Assembly (NCBI GenBank): GCA_030648835.1
Contig: JAUSGT010000001.1
Location: 133,010-197,009 of the forward strand
Length of the DNA: 64,000 bases
DNA from: Candidatus Moraniibacteriota bacterium
GTDB lineage: Bacteria > Patescibacteriota > Minisyncoccia > Moranbacterales > UBA1568
Reading direction: 5' to 3'
Made by a program: the position numbers and the translations under genes. Positions within the stretch are counted from its first letter, which is position 1. Each line of letters starts with the position of its first letter. Positions 18,699 through 28,048 of this stretch are shown here, piece by piece. The notes under the pieces are model-generated. The model made no database searches. It was not told the origin of the DNA and saw only the letters and a program-made list of their open reading frames with translations.

Positions 18699-19595
18699 AT
18701 GAAAACCCCACATTTTTTTAAACTTCGGTCACGGCTTGGACTGCTTCATCCGCCGATACATAGTTTTGAAATGAATCAGGGCGTTGAAATGGGTGCTGAC
18801 GCCGTTCTTTCAAATGTATTTCTCGCTTCTTTTCCGGAGAGCCAGGTGAGCGTTTTTGATTTTCCAAATCCAGATGGTATTACAGGGGAGCAATATGGGG
18901 CTATGATTGCAGCGTCGTCGCAGGCGTGTGCCGCATTCATAAATACATCTCTTGAATCAAATGAGATTCAGGTGGCAGTTGGCGGAGATCATTCTATCAC
19001 TTTCCCATCGTTTCTGGCCGCGTTTGAACGGGAGAAAAATAGGCGAGAAATCGGGTATATTCAGTTTGATTCGCACGGGGATATGAATCTTCGAAAAGAC
19101 AGTTTGACGGATAATTTTCATGGGATGTACGTACGCGCATTCGTTGATCCGGCGTTTGACATGCCGGAGGTAAAAGATCTTATCTCACAGCCCCTCTCTC
19201 CGCGGCGGCTTCTTTTTGTCGGTAATCTGGATCTTGATTTGACTGGTGAGAAGCAATTTTTTGAGGCACAGGGTATCAAACATATTTCAAAACGGATGCT
19301 CCGTGAAAATAAAAAAAAGGCCCACTCACTCTTTCTTGATTTCGTACGACGATTTCAGTACCTTTATGTAACATTCGATGTTGATTCTCTCGATGAAACA
19401 ATCGCTCCAGCCACAGGTATACCAGCCGAAGATGGATTGGTGTTAGCGGATATTGAAGAAATGCTTGGGATAATCGCCGGACACCCGTCATTCTCAGTTG
19501 ATCTTGTTGAAGTAAATCCCCAAAAAGATGGTTCTGAAAAAACGATTCAAGTCGCACAAGAAATACTCCACATGATTCTCCAGGGTGCTGTTTAA
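18699..19595 (+). CDS. arginase/agmatinase/formiminoglutamase family ureohydrolase
   Basis: GGDHSIT, DSHGD and DVDSLD are the three metal-binding motifs of the arginase fold. The true start may be the internal Met at 18771. Confidence 0.7.
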   Translation: MKTPHFFKLRSRLGLLHPPIHSFEMNQGVEMGADAVLSNVFLASFPESQVSVFDFPNPDGITGEQYGAMIAASSQACAAFINTSLESNEIQVAVGGDHSITFPSFLAAFEREKNRREIGYIQFDSHGDMNLRKDSLTDNFHGMYVRAFVDPAFDMPEVKDLISQPLSPRRLLFVGNLDLDLTGEKQFFEAQGIKHISKRMLRENKKKAHSLFLDFVRRFQYLYVTFDVDSLDETIAPATGIPAEDGLVLADIEEMLGIIAGHPSFSVDLVEVNPQKDGSEKTIQVAQEILHMILQGAV

Positions 19596-19817
19596 TTTTT
19601 CGTTTATATGCATGTACGGTACACATACGGAATTTATTTTTTGTAACACCATTCCATTTTTTGACCTAAGACGGATTTTGGGGTAGAATATGGGTAAATT
19701 GTGAGTTATATTTTGGCGTTTGATTAGATTTTATAGATTTGAAAGAGGTTTTATAATGGCAAAAACTCTTTACTCGCATTTTTCAGCTATTATTTCGAGT
19801 TCAGGCTTCATAATCCT

Positions 19818-21110
19818 ATGAAGATTCTTTTTGTTTCTGGGGAACTGATCGCCGGAGATGTCGCCTATCGCCTTAAAAAGGAAGGTTGTGAGGTGAAGCT
19901 TTTTATAGAACATCCTAACCTACAGCATGGTCTGGATGGCTTTATTGAGAAGACATCCGATTGGAGAAAGGAATTGTCTTGGGTCGGTAAGGAAGGGTTA
20001 ATCGTCTTTGATGACGTCGGATATGGGAAAGAACAAGACGAATTGCGAAAAGCCGGATATCGCGTAGTGGGTGGGAGCGAAAGCGGGGACAAACTTGAAC
20101 TAAACCGAGAGTATGGACAGTGGGTGTTGGCCCAACACGGAATGAATATCATCCCGACTTTTAATTTCCACGATGTCAGCGATGCTATCAAATTTGTTTC
20201 AGATCGCGGGGGTGTTTGGGTGGTAAAGCAAAATAGCCATCAAAGCGCTTTGAATTACGTTGGTGCTTTAGAGGACGGACGGGATGTGATAAACGTTCTG
20301 GAAATCTACAGACGTAATGGAATAAAAAATATCACTCTGCAGGAAAAAATTTATGGTATCGAAATGAGCATAAATAGGTATTTCAATGGGCGGGAGTGGG
20401 TTGGGCCAAGCGAGATTACCATCGAGCACAAGAGCTTGTTCAATGATAATCTTGGTCCAAAAACCGGTGAGATGGGCAATCTGATGTGGTATGATGATAG
20501 TGAGGGGAAGTTCTTTAAAGAAACGCTGGATAAGCTGAAGCCGTTTTTACAGGAAACCAACTTTCGCGGCGATATTGACATCAACTGTTTTATTAAGGAA
20601 GATAAGGTTTTTCCTATCGAAGCGACATCTCGCTTTGGCTGTCCAATCACTCACTCACAAAGCGTAATGCATATCTCGCCTTGGCGTGAATTTCTGGAAG
20701 CTGTGGCAGATGGGAAAGATTTTACGCTTGAGCATAAGAACGGCTATTGTATCGCGCTTACTATCGCCGTGCCCCCGTATCCGTATGAGGGATCTTTAGA
20801 TAAAGCATATTCGCCGGAAGGCCTCGAAATTTTTTTCAAGGATGACTGTATTGAAAAAGAAAGAGAGCATTTTCATTTCGAAGGGGCTATCAAACGGATC
20901 GAGGGTGAAAAAAAACGATATTTTGTATGCCGTAGTCTTGGTTGCGTATTGTATGTCACCGGATATGGCAAAAGTGTTGAGGAGGCACGTGAAGCGGTCT
21001 ATGCTCGTGCAAAAAAAGTTATCATACCGAAAGTGTTTTATCGCACCGATATAGGGATGCCATTTATAAATTCAGATCAGGAAGTACTGAAGAAATGGGG
21101 ATGGATCTAA
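19818..21110 (+). CDS. phosphoribosylamine--glycine ligase (PurD)-like ATP-grasp enzyme
   Basis: 430 aa. GPKTGEMG (PurD GPNTGGMG), PIEATSRFGCP (PurD EFNCRFGDP) and a C-terminal GYGKSVEEAREAVY...RTDIG match PurD. The N-terminal domain is divergent. Confidence 0.6.
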   Translation: MKILFVSGELIAGDVAYRLKKEGCEVKLFIEHPNLQHGLDGFIEKTSDWRKELSWVGKEGLIVFDDVGYGKEQDELRKAGYRVVGGSESGDKLELNREYGQWVLAQHGMNIIPTFNFHDVSDAIKFVSDRGGVWVVKQNSHQSALNYVGALEDGRDVINVLEIYRRNGIKNITLQEKIYGIEMSINRYFNGREWVGPSEITIEHKSLFNDNLGPKTGEMGNLMWYDDSEGKFFKETLDKLKPFLQETNFRGDIDINCFIKEDKVFPIEATSRFGCPITHSQSVMHISPWREFLEAVADGKDFTLEHKNGYCIALTIAVPPYPYEGSLDKAYSPEGLEIFFKDDCIEKEREHFHFEGAIKRIEGEKKRYFVCRSLGCVLYVTGYGKSVEEAREAVYARAKKVIIPKVFYRTDIGMPFINSDQEVLKKWGWI

Positions 21111-21124
21111 TAATATAAAAATAT

Positions 21125-22813
21125 ATGGAATTCAACCTTATTAGTAATATCGAGAATTGTTATTTTGATATATCTCCGCTTATTTATTATTCCCATATCC
21201 CAACCTCCATCGCCGCTCTTATACTGAGCGTTTATGTCTTTTTTAAAAATCGATCGTTGGCCGGCGGAGCGCTTTTGACTATAGCCGTGCTTTTTTCATT
21301 ATGGAATGTGGTTGACCTTGTCGTGTGGGTTGATAAAGATAGCGGCATGGTAATGCTTTTTTGGTCTACCCTTTATATTTTGCAGAGTTTGATCTTAGCA
21401 GCCACCCTATACTTTTCTTACGTATATCTTGAGAAAAAAGATGTCCCTATAGGGAAGAAGATCATAGGATCGATTTTTCTCTTGCCTCTTATAATTTCCA
21501 TTCCGACAGAATGGCTTCTTACCGGATTTGATACGGTGATTTGCGAATCTCAGCAGGGACTCCTCATCAAATATTTTTATTATGTCCAAGGAATATTCTT
21601 ATTGTGGATTCTCCTGTATTTTATTTGGAAATTTAGGAATAAATCGGGGAAGATTGAAAAAAGACAGACCATATTGTTTTTTATAGGAGTAGTCTTTTTC
21701 CTCGTCGCGTTCACTTGGGGCAATTTCGTAGGAAGTTTGACATTGAATTGGGAGGCAGAGCAATATGGCTTGATCGGGATGCCGGTATTTATCGGGTTTT
21801 TGGCTTTCCTCATCGTTCGTTATAAGGCATTCGATATGAAATTACTCGGTGCCCAAGCCTTGGTAGCAGCCCAATTTATTCTCATCGGCGCGATGTTTTT
21901 CTATGCACAAAGCTTGACCAATAAAGTCTTGATTGGGGTAACGCTCTTCGGTACGACAATTATGGGCTGGTATGTAATCCGGTCGGTGAAAGTAGAAATT
22001 GAGCGCAAGGAGGAACTGCAGAAGATATCGGATGCCCTGGCGATTGCTAATACTCGATTGAAGGAGCTGGACCTGACCAAATCAGAATTCATTTCCATCG
22101 CGTCGCACCAACTGCGGACGCCACTGACGGCTATCAAAGGCTACATTTCTCTCATTCTTGAAGGTTCGTATGGTAAGGTGCCCGCCGTGATCCAGGATGT
22201 CTTGGACAAAGTGTACACGGTAAACAGTCGGCTGGTACATCTGGTGGAGGATCTCCTCAATGTTTCGCGTATCGAGGCGGGGCGCATCCAGTACAGTTTT
22301 GCACCGACACAGCTGGAGCCTCTCGTTGCCGAGTTGGTGGAAATGTTCACCTCCACAGCCAAGCAGAAAAATTTGTTCCTCAAGATGCAATTGGCGAAAA
22401 AGTCACTCCCGCAACTGACCATCGATCCGAACAAGATCAAAGAAGTGCTCTCCAATCTGATCGATAACGCCCTCAAATATACGAAAGAGGGCGGAGTGAC
22501 CGTGTCGCTCGAGAGTACTCCGGATATCGCGCGGATTGCCGTCACTGACACGGGTATCGGTATCCGTCCGGAGGATGAGAAGAATCTGTTCGAGAAGTTC
22601 GTGCGCACCAAAGAAACGACCAAGATGGTGGCGTCCGGCGCCGGGCTTGGTCTGTATGTCGGCAAGAACTTCGTCGAAGCGCATGGCGGTCGTCTTTTTG
22701 CCGAATCCGATGGAGCAGGGAAGGGTTCGCGGTTTATTATCGAATTGCCCCTCGTCAATCCGAACATTCATATAGGCACTTCCGATCAGCCATCTCCTTC
22801 GGAAAAAACATAG
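21125..22813 (+). CDS. sensor histidine kinase with an N-terminal polytopic membrane sensor domain
   Basis: 562 aa. H-box ISIASHQLRTPLTAIKGY. HATPase N, G1 and G2 boxes (NLIDNALKYT, DTGIGI, GLGLYV). Confidence 0.8.
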   Translation: MEFNLISNIENCYFDISPLIYYSHIPTSIAALILSVYVFFKNRSLAGGALLTIAVLFSLWNVVDLVVWVDKDSGMVMLFWSTLYILQSLILAATLYFSYVYLEKKDVPIGKKIIGSIFLLPLIISIPTEWLLTGFDTVICESQQGLLIKYFYYVQGIFLLWILLYFIWKFRNKSGKIEKRQTILFFIGVVFFLVAFTWGNFVGSLTLNWEAEQYGLIGMPVFIGFLAFLIVRYKAFDMKLLGAQALVAAQFILIGAMFFYAQSLTNKVLIGVTLFGTTIMGWYVIRSVKVEIERKEELQKISDALAIANTRLKELDLTKSEFISIASHQLRTPLTAIKGYISLILEGSYGKVPAVIQDVLDKVYTVNSRLVHLVEDLLNVSRIEAGRIQYSFAPTQLEPLVAELVEMFTSTAKQKNLFLKMQLAKKSLPQLTIDPNKIKEVLSNLIDNALKYTKEGGVTVSLESTPDIARIAVTDTGIGIRPEDEKNLFEKFVRTKETTKMVASGAGLGLYVGKNFVEAHGGRLFAESDGAGKGSRFIIELPLVNPNIHIGTSDQPSPSEKT

Positions 22814-22907
22814 CTTTCTTTACAAACTAGTCAATTTAGCATACCCTCTTAATTAAGATGGTAAATAGTGGAACCTTAACAAATTACAGAGGGAAAGAGG
22901 CTTAATC

Positions 22908-23915
22908 ATGAGAAAAAATAGTTTTTATTTTCAGTGGCACATTACTGACTTTTGCGGAAACCGATGTGAACACTGCTATATAAACGAGTTTAACAAGAAC
23001 CGGGTTTCTCTGGTAGCAGCGAAGAATATTTTGGCGGATATGAAGGATTGTTGTGTGGAGCTGGATGCCGACATGATCCTTTCCATAACCGGTGGCGACC
23101 CGCTTACTCACCCTGAGATTTGGACTATTTTGAATGAGGCCAGGACGATTGCGGGCAAGTTGGCGGTGCTTGGAAATCCTGAACTGGTCAATGACAAGAA
23201 TATCCACAAGCTAAAGGCGGCTGGTATTAATTGGTATCAGCTTTCGCTTGATGGTTTGGAAATGACTCACGATAGGATTCGGAGTAAAGGAAGTTTCAAA
23301 AGAACCATCAAGGGCATCAAATTGTTAACGGCCACAGGGATTCCAGTCGTTATTAATTCCACTGTTTCTGGGACAAATTATCGCGAGATGGTGGATGTTA
23401 TGAAGCTTTCTCATGATTTAGGCGCTAGCAAATGGTCCTTTGCTAGGTGGGTTCCTGATAGCGGGACATGCGGAATGTCAGCAGTGGAATACCGCAAGTT
23501 TCTTGAAAAAATATGTACGGAACAAAAGGCATACAACGAGGACGCTACGGGTTTTGTAGCTGGTGATTCTTTGATGTATCCCGTTATTTCCGAGCCAATG
23601 AATTGCGATAGCATCGTAGGCGGGTGTGCCCTGGGAAGTTCGGTTCTGTGTATTTTGCCGGACAACACGGTAATGGCTTGTCGCAGACATAAAGACAGTG
23701 TTTTGGGGAAATGGCAGCTTGGCGGTGATTTATTGGATTTCTTTTTGTTTAATCCTAAAATGGAGGAGTACAGACAGACGGAAAAAATTATTGGGTGTAG
23801 TAAATGTTCTTTCAAATCTCAATGTAGGGGTTGCAGAGCCGTTGCTTTTGCTGACAGCGGCAACACACTTGGGAGAGATCCTCAGTGTGTTCTTATCAGC
23901 AATCACGTGTCATGA
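22908..23915 (+). CDS. radical SAM enzyme with a C-terminal SPASM/twitch cysteine-rich domain (peptide-maturase-like)
   Basis: 335 aa. CGNRCEHC is CxxxCxxC, GGDPLTH is the GGE-like motif, and the C-terminus has 8 more Cys (CALG..C, C..MAC, CSKCSFKSQCRGC, DPQC). Confidence 0.75.
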   Translation: MRKNSFYFQWHITDFCGNRCEHCYINEFNKNRVSLVAAKNILADMKDCCVELDADMILSITGGDPLTHPEIWTILNEARTIAGKLAVLGNPELVNDKNIHKLKAAGINWYQLSLDGLEMTHDRIRSKGSFKRTIKGIKLLTATGIPVVINSTVSGTNYREMVDVMKLSHDLGASKWSFARWVPDSGTCGMSAVEYRKFLEKICTEQKAYNEDATGFVAGDSLMYPVISEPMNCDSIVGGCALGSSVLCILPDNTVMACRRHKDSVLGKWQLGGDLLDFFLFNPKMEEYRQTEKIIGCSKCSFKSQCRGCRAVAFADSGNTLGRDPQCVLISNHVS

Positions 23916-23926
23916 AGGAGAGCAGG

Positions 23927-24058
23927 ATGAACAAGCGAATCAGTAAGCGCAGGAAGATGCAGGTACGGGCGGCCGTAAAGCGGCTGTCAAAACTGGGGTT
24001 CATCTCCAGGGCGAAAAACAAGAAGTGCACCATCTGTACGGGAATGGATGGGGACTAA
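23927..24058 (+). CDS. small basic peptide ORF (43 aa) ending in CTICTG; candidate rSAM substrate or RiPP precursor
   Basis: Hand-translated: MNKRISKRRKMQVRAAVKRLSKLGFISRAKNKKCTICTGMDGD. Strong SD (AAGGAGAG) 6-7 nt before the ATG. Starts 12 nt after the rSAM stop. Confidence 0.35.
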   Translation: MNKRISKRRKMQVRAAVKRLSKLGFISRAKNKKCTICTGMDGD

Positions 24059-24144
24059 TCCGGTCCAGGAATGTACGGCGCGTGGCACAGGGGAAGGGAC
24101 TCACCAGTCCTTTCCCCCTATTATTTAAATTCATTTTGAATTAT

Positions 24145-24768
24145 ATGAGAAGCTTGGAGGTGAAAAATTTTTATAATAAGAATATCGATAAATACGCTAA
24201 TGGATTTAGCGCCTCTTTTGTTTTTGAAGAGGGCTTGGACCAGTTTGCGAGTTTTATACCTTCTGGTGCTTTGATTTTAGATGTAGGATCCGGATTAGGT
24301 CAAGATACTGAATATCTAGCTAAAAAAGGATATATCACTTTGGGAATAGACATTTCAAAGGAAATGATAAAATATTCTTTAGATAATAGAACGAAGGGAA
24401 TATTTATTAATACTGACTTTTTCAAGGTGGGTGACATTTTTAAGGATGATTGTTTTGGTGGATTATGGGTATCTTCTTCCATACTAACCCACATTGGCAA
24501 AAGAGATATCGGAAAGTTTTTTAAAGGGGTAAAAAAGTTGCTTTTACCTGAAGGTATCCTCGGTATGGTTGTCAGTCAAGATAAATTTAAAAGAAAATCT
24601 AAAATACCTTTTAATAATTTTTCTAAAAAAGAAATTACCTCGCTTATAACTGAGAATGGCTTTGAGCTTATTGAATTTAAGAATTTGAGGTTAGAAGAGT
24701 CAAATTGGTTTTTCATTCTTGCAAAAAACTCAACGAATAATGCTGGAAATACTGCTCAATCTGTTTAA
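24145..24768 (+). CDS. class I SAM-dependent methyltransferase
   Basis: Motif I ILDVGSGLGQDTEYLAKKG. Very AT-rich gene. The start is placed at the internal ATG (MRSLEV...); the ORF track extends it to 24025. Confidence 0.65.
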   Translation: MRSLEVKNFYNKNIDKYANGFSASFVFEEGLDQFASFIPSGALILDVGSGLGQDTEYLAKKGYITLGIDISKEMIKYSLDNRTKGIFINTDFFKVGDIFKDDCFGGLWVSSSILTHIGKRDIGKFFKGVKKLLLPEGILGMVVSQDKFKRKSKIPFNNFSKKEITSLITENGFELIEFKNLRLEESNWFFILAKNSTNNAGNTAQSV

Positions 24769-24827
24769 TTCTTGATTTTTAGCCTCTTATCGGGTATTCT
24801 GTTGTTATTGGGAAAAACATATATACT

Positions 24828-25637
24828 ATGCCGAAAATCCTTTTTGTTGAGGACGATCCGTTTATTGCGGAGATTTATAAAAAGAAATTTGAAAGTTCCG
24901 GTTTCGATGTGTTGAATGTGGTGACCGGTAAGGCAGTGCTGAAAGAGGCATTGGAGCAGAAATTTGATCTGATTCTTTTGGATCTGGTGATCCCGGAATT
25001 GAGCGGGGTTGAGGTATTGCGTGAGCTGCGGCACAATCCGGCGTATGATCCGAATCTGAAGGTGGTTGTTTTCAGCAATCTGAGTTCGACGGAAGATCGT
25101 GAGGAATGCCTGAAACTGGGTGCCAACGGCTTCATTTCCAAAACGGAATTCTCCCCGAAGGAGGTAGTGGTGGAAATCAATCGTTTCCTCAACCAGTTCA
25201 GCGAGCAAAAGAAGAACTTCTCGCGTCAGGAGAAAGCTCCGGCGCAGCAAGTGAAGCTTGGAAAACGAATATTGCTTATCGAGGATGAAGAGGTGTTCGT
25301 CGAGATGTTCGGTAAGCGTTTGCGCGATGAAGGCTACGAAGTGGTGACTGAGATGAATGGTACAGCCGGCCTCGATACGGCGGTAAAAGAGCATTTTGAT
25401 ATGATTATTTCGGATGTGATGATGCCGGGGATGGAAGGCAGCGAAGCTATCCGCCGTTTGAAGGAGATCGAGGGCAAAGAATCCGTGCCGATTTTTTTCT
25501 TTTCTGCCTCGCTCGATGATCAGCATCTGAAAGCTTTGACTGATTCCGGCCTGGGGGATAGGACATTCCTCAAAACACAGATAACACCGAGCGAACTGAC
25601 CTACGCCGTCAATGATTTTTTCAAGGAGCGGAAGTAA
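24828..25637 (+). CDS. response regulator with two tandem receiver (REC) domains and no output domain
   Basis: Two CheY-like modules, each with an acidic pocket (EDD...D and EDEE...D) and conserved T/S and K positions. Confidence 0.75.
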   Translation: MPKILFVEDDPFIAEIYKKKFESSGFDVLNVVTGKAVLKEALEQKFDLILLDLVIPELSGVEVLRELRHNPAYDPNLKVVVFSNLSSTEDREECLKLGANGFISKTEFSPKEVVVEINRFLNQFSEQKKNFSRQEKAPAQQVKLGKRILLIEDEEVFVEMFGKRLRDEGYEVVTEMNGTAGLDTAVKEHFDMIISDVMMPGMEGSEAIRRLKEIEGKESVPIFFFSASLDDQHLKALTDSGLGDRTFLKTQITPSELTYAVNDFFKERK

Positions 25638-25640
25638 GGT

Positions 25641-25772
25641 TATGCCCGGTAGTGAAACTTCGACTGGGTATTTGAAAAAGATTTGATAAGAGCGGGAACG
25701 TCGCGAGGATAAACATTGATTTGAATTTCCAAGGTTTTTACGGAAACTGTCGAAGTTCTACTACCGGGTATG
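25641..25772. mobile_element. MITE-like element copy 4: TIRs 25645..25664 / 25749..25768, flanked by TATG at 25641..25644 and 25769..25772
   Basis: Begins 3 nt after the response-regulator stop. The right TATG supplies the aspS start at 25770. Interior homologous to copy 2. Confidence 0.7.
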
Positions 25773-27179
25773 AATCGAATACTGATACAAGAAACGCCAC
25801 AACATATCGGAGAGACGGTAAAGCTTTGCGGTTGGGTGGATGTGCGGAGAGATCACGGCAAATTGATATTTATCGATTTGCGTGATATGAGTGGCAAGGT
25901 GCAGATGATAATTCTTCCGAATCATGCGGAGGCTCACCAAGTAGCACAAACACTACGCTGTGAATGGGTGATAGAAGTGACCGGGCAGGTAAACACTCGG
26001 CCGGAAAAACTGGTTAACAAAGAACAGCCCAATGGCGCTATCGAAATAGAAGTGCTGTCCATAAATATTTTAAATGAAGCGGAAACGCCACCGTTTGACG
26101 TAACTTCGGATGGCAAGGAGATCAACGAAGAGGTCCGTCTCAAGTATCGTTACTTGGATTTGCGACGTGAAAGGATGCAGCGCAATTTGAGGATGCGTGA
26201 TAAGGTCATCACTTTCTTCCGAGAGTATATGCATGGGGAGAATTTTGTGGAAATCGAGACCCCACTTCTTATGAAAGGTACGCCCGAGGGATCACGGGAA
26301 TATCTCGTTCCGTCTCGTTTGGAAAAAGGGAGGTTTTACGCGTTGCCACAATCCCCGCAACAATACAAGCAATTGTGTATGGTAGCGGGATTCGAACGGT
26401 ATTTTCAGATAGCTCGCTGTATGCGCGATGAAGACTTGCGCGGCGATCGCCAGCCGGAGTTCACGCAGCTCGATTATGAGATGTCCTTCGTTACACAGGA
26501 AGATGTTTTGCGGTTTACCGAGAAGATGTTTGTCGAGATGGTGCAGAAATTATTTCCTGAAAAACATATTTCGCAAGTGCCTTTTCCACGGTTGACCTAT
26601 AAGGAGTCAATGGAAAAATATGGTTCCGACAAGCCGGACCTGAGGCAGGATAAAAACAATCCAAACGAATTGGCTTTCGCGTGGATAGTGGACTTTCCGA
26701 TGTTTGAGAAAACAGATGACGGTACAATTCAGGCTGCCCATCACCCGTTCTGTTCCATAAAAGAAGAGGATGTCGAAAAGTTTATGCAAGGAGAGGATCT
26801 GTTCAATATTCGCGCAAATTCATACGATTTGGTATTGAATGGTTATGAACTCAGTTCGGGGAGTATTCGTATTCATAAGAGAGAAATACAAAAGCAGGTT
26901 TTCAAGCTACTCGATATTTCAGAAGAGGAGCAAAAAGAAAAATTTGGGCATATGCTGGAAGCGTTTACCTATGGCGCCCCGCCGCACGGGGGGTTCGCTC
27001 CGGGGATCGATCGCATCGTGATGCTTCTTATGGGTGAACCCAATATCCGCGAGGTGATCGCTTTTCCCAAGACGGGAGAAGGCAGAGAACTGATGACAAA
27101 ATCACCATCGAAAGTTTCACCAAAACAGCTCATTGAGCTTGGTTTGCGTGTTGTGACGGAACCAAAAACAGACAAATAA
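25770..27179 (+). CDS. aspS: aspartyl-tRNA synthetase (short form without the GAD insertion)
   Basis: 469 aa. N-terminal OB-fold (GWVDVRRDHGKLIFIDLRD), then class II motifs FRDE, QSPQ and GGFAPGIDR. Confidence 0.9.
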   Translation: MNRILIQETPQHIGETVKLCGWVDVRRDHGKLIFIDLRDMSGKVQMIILPNHAEAHQVAQTLRCEWVIEVTGQVNTRPEKLVNKEQPNGAIEIEVLSINILNEAETPPFDVTSDGKEINEEVRLKYRYLDLRRERMQRNLRMRDKVITFFREYMHGENFVEIETPLLMKGTPEGSREYLVPSRLEKGRFYALPQSPQQYKQLCMVAGFERYFQIARCMRDEDLRGDRQPEFTQLDYEMSFVTQEDVLRFTEKMFVEMVQKLFPEKHISQVPFPRLTYKESMEKYGSDKPDLRQDKNNPNELAFAWIVDFPMFEKTDDGTIQAAHHPFCSIKEEDVEKFMQGEDLFNIRANSYDLVLNGYELSSGSIRIHKREIQKQVFKLLDISEEEQKEKFGHMLEAFTYGAPPHGGFAPGIDRIVMLLMGEPNIREVIAFPKTGEGRELMTKSPSKVSPKQLIELGLRVVTEPKTDK

Positions 27180-27186
27180 TAACCCT

Positions 27187-27948
27187 ATGTCTGTTGTCGT
27201 CGCTATTGGAGGAGGGGAATTGAAAGATTTGGAAACTCTTTCAATTGATCGAGAGATTGTCAGATTAACCGGCAAGAAAAAATCACGCGCGCTTTTTATT
27301 CCGACGGCCAGCGGAGATGCCCCGGGCTATGTCGAAACTTTTCACACGGTGTATGGGAAAAGACTACACTGCAAAACAGACGCGCTGCTTTTGATACGAG
27401 AAAAGCTTTCCAAAAAAACAATAGCGGAAAAAATTCTTTCTGCCGATATCATTTATGTCGGTGGCGGCAATACTTTGCGGATGCTTACAATCTGGCGGAA
27501 ACATGGAGTGGATATCCTGCTTCGAAAAGCATACGCGAAAGGTTGCATACTTTCTGGATTGAGTGCCGGCGCGAATTGTTGGTTTCGATATTGTTCAAGC
27601 GATGCGCGACTTTTCCAAAAAACCTCGCAGCCGTTTTCCTATATGCGGGTACGCGGATTGGATTTTATCCCAATGACAGTCAGTCCGCATCACATCCGAG
27701 AAAAAACGAGAGACAAGGGATTGGAAAAGATAATGCGTAAAACACCGGGTGTCGGATTGGCAATCGATGACAATGCGGCAGTGGTTTTTGAAGGAGACCG
27801 TTACAGGATAATCACATCTGTTCCTACTGTCGGAGCGAAAAAGGTTTCTGTGAAGAAAGGAAAAATAGTCTGGGAAATTTTGCCGAAAAGTGGAAAAATA
27901 TCGGAAATGCTCAAAAAATCTAAGTCGATTAAACGGCTGATTCTGTGA
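27187..27948 (+). CDS. peptidase S51 (dipeptidase E / cyanophycinase-like), second paralogue
   Basis: YVGGGNTLRML and SGLSAG motifs of family S51. Confidence 0.6.
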   Translation: MSVVVAIGGGELKDLETLSIDREIVRLTGKKKSRALFIPTASGDAPGYVETFHTVYGKRLHCKTDALLLIREKLSKKTIAEKILSADIIYVGGGNTLRMLTIWRKHGVDILLRKAYAKGCILSGLSAGANCWFRYCSSDARLFQKTSQPFSYMRVRGLDFIPMTVSPHHIREKTRDKGLEKIMRKTPGVGLAIDDNAAVVFEGDRYRIITSVPTVGAKKVSVKKGKIVWEILPKSGKISEMLKKSKSIKRLIL

Positions 27949-28048
27949 TTTTTCATTTGCATTACCGGTAACTGGAATATTTAGAGAAAATGGGATAGAA
28001 TGGGGTGTAAGGTCCTATTTTTTTGTCCGTTTTTTCTTTTTTATTGGT

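Noticed and set aside
24025-24144. The 5' extension of the methyltransferase ORF given by the ORF track (MHHLYGNGWGLIRS...)
   Set aside because: The extension overlaps the 3' end of the small peptide ORF and is GC-rich, unlike the AT-rich methyltransferase body. The internal ATG at 24145 sits after an AT-rich promoter-like stretch and is the more plausible start.
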